This document shows positions 43,947 to 44,878 of a DNA stretch of 44,878 nt, in pieces (within the stretch, counting starts at the first letter, position 1; every line of letters begins with the position of its first letter). The notes beneath the pieces are model-generated. The model was not told where the DNA came from and searched no databases. It saw only the letters and a list, made by a program, of their open reading frames with translations. The position numbers and the translations under genes are program-made. The DNA is from Candidatus Fermentibacteraceae bacterium. GTDB lineage: Bacteria; Fermentibacterota; Fermentibacteria; Fermentibacterales; JCC-6. The stretch is from contig JAWLEP010000023.1 in assembly GCA_041686025.1 (NCBI GenBank), positions 1-44,878 of the forward strand. Reading direction: 5' to 3'.

Positions 43947-44878
43947 CTGGAGCGCAAGGAGGGCCGCGGCCTCCGGAAGGCCCTCTGGTCGCTGGCCCTG
44001 GCCATCGCCGTGTACACCGGCATGGTCCTCTACGCAGACGCCGCCGAGGTTGGCCGGGCCGTAGCCCGCCTGAACCCGGCCTGGCTGCCGGTGATACTGG
44101 GCCTGCCCCTGCTGAACTACTTCCTGCGCTTCCTGAAGTGGCAGTACTTCCTTCAAAGAGTCGAGGTCTTCGTGCCCTGGCGGAGGAGCCTGTCGGTCTT
44201 CGTGGCCGGCTTCTCCATGACCGTCTCCCCGGGGAAGTTCGGCGAGCTGCTGAAGTGCTACCTGCTGCGCCGCGAGGACGGGATAGAGGTCTCCCGCACC
44301 TCTCCGGTGGTGGTGGCGGAGCGGATAACCGACCTGATAAGCATGATCGTCATCGCCCTGATCGGCGCGGCCTTCCTGGGGGGACGGACCGGGCTCCTGG
44401 CCGCCGGCGCCGGCGCCGCCTTCGTGGGGCTGGTGATGGTGGTGCTGCTCTCACAGAGGGCCTTCGGCTGCGTCACCAACATCCTGTGCAGGTTCAGCTT
44501 CTTCGCCAGCCGAAGGGAGAGCATCTGCGACTTCCAGGACCACTGCACCAACCTCCTGGACGGCCGCAGCCTCCTGGTCACCGTCCCCCTGGGCATACTC
44601 TCCTGGGGCGCGGAGGCCCTGGTGCTCTGCGCGGTGGCCCGATCGCTGGGTTACACCGTAGGCGCCGGCCTGGCCCTGCTGGCCCACGCCGCCGGCACCA
44701 TCGCCGGAGCGGTCTCCATGATCCCCGGCGGCCTGGGCCTGACGGAGATCACCATAGACGGCCTGCTCACGGACACACTGCCCGTACACACCGCCACCGC
44801 CGTCACACTGCTGATGAGATTCGCAACCCTGTGGTTCGCCGTCCTCCTGGGCCTGGCGGCCCTGGGGCTGCAGAGAAG
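43947..44878 (+). CDS. Lysylphosphatidylglycerol-synthase-TM / UPF0104 flippase-like membrane protein; partial at the right edge
   Basis: Not in the ORF track. Manual translation: LWSLALAIAVYTG...NYFLRFLKW...SPGKFGELLK...AERITDL...IPGGLG...MRFATLW. Start uncertain; CTG 43947 proposed. Confidence 0.82.
   Translation, partial: MERKEGRGLRKALWSLALAIAVYTGMVLYADAAEVGRAVARLNPAWLPVILGLPLLNYFLRFLKWQYFLQRVEVFVPWRRSLSVFVAGFSMTVSPGKFGELLKCYLLRREDGIEVSRTSPVVVAERITDLISMIVIALIGAAFLGGRTGLLAAGAGAAFVGLVMVVLLSQRAFGCVTNILCRFSFFASRRESICDFQDHCTNLLDGRSLLVTVPLGILSWGAEALVLCAVARSLGYTVGAGLALLAHAAGTIAGAVSMIPGGLGLTEITIDGLLTDTLPVHTATAVTLLMRFATLWFAVLLGLAALGLQR

Noticed and set aside
41173..44064. 963-aa Arg/Gly/Pro-rich ORF, and similar same-strand alternative frames such as 24005..26014 and the 5' part of 14811..16640
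   Set aside because: They are off-frame readings of PBP1A/TPR, ktrB and leuC-like genes, with composition typical of frame-shifted GC-rich sequence.
1..44878. Stop-codon reassignment, selenocysteine/pyrrolysine readthrough or programmed frameshifts
   Set aside because: Recognisable proteins end at the expected family C-termini with TAG, TGA and TAA all used as stops. I found no split conserved gene.

Overview
A gene-dense, GC-rich bacterial chromosomal window with about 40 real CDSs, two of them cut by the window edges. The many long overlapping ORFs in the track are GC-rich shadow frames. I found no rRNA, tRNA, CRISPR array, transposase, integrase or phage gene. T9SS/FlgD-type sorting domains and a C25 propeptide suggest an FCB-superphylum anaerobe, possibly Fermentibacteria-like (inference). 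Contents in order: a partial gingipain/C25-propeptide protein; an EF-G paralogue with degenerate GTPase motifs; a two-gene flavo-Fe-S amino-acid dehydrogenase; a secreted peptidylarginine deiminase with Porphyromonas PPAD-type motifs and architecture; DMT and DUF362 genes; a coupled alr-cNMP phosphodiesterase-namZ-metallophosphoesterase-leuCD-like operon; an ABC-2 exporter; a cold-shock gene with a structured leader followed by a REP-like palindrome cluster; radC, mscS, lepB and ktrAB; and a ~19 kb plus-strand run interleaving fba/pyrC/pyrK/pyrD/pyrF/pdp with envelope genes (TPR lipoprotein, rlpA, GT51, GYF-repeat protein, pilB-like ATPase, PBP1A, flippase-like). The best candidate for an undescribed system is a PPAD + gingipain-like + T9SS-like protein-processing/citrullination set outside Porphyromonas. 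Other strong leads are the GTPase-degenerate EF-G2, the active-site-altered LeuCD-like hydro-lyase operon and repeated apparent CTG initiation. All family assignments come from motifs read by eye; no searches were run.
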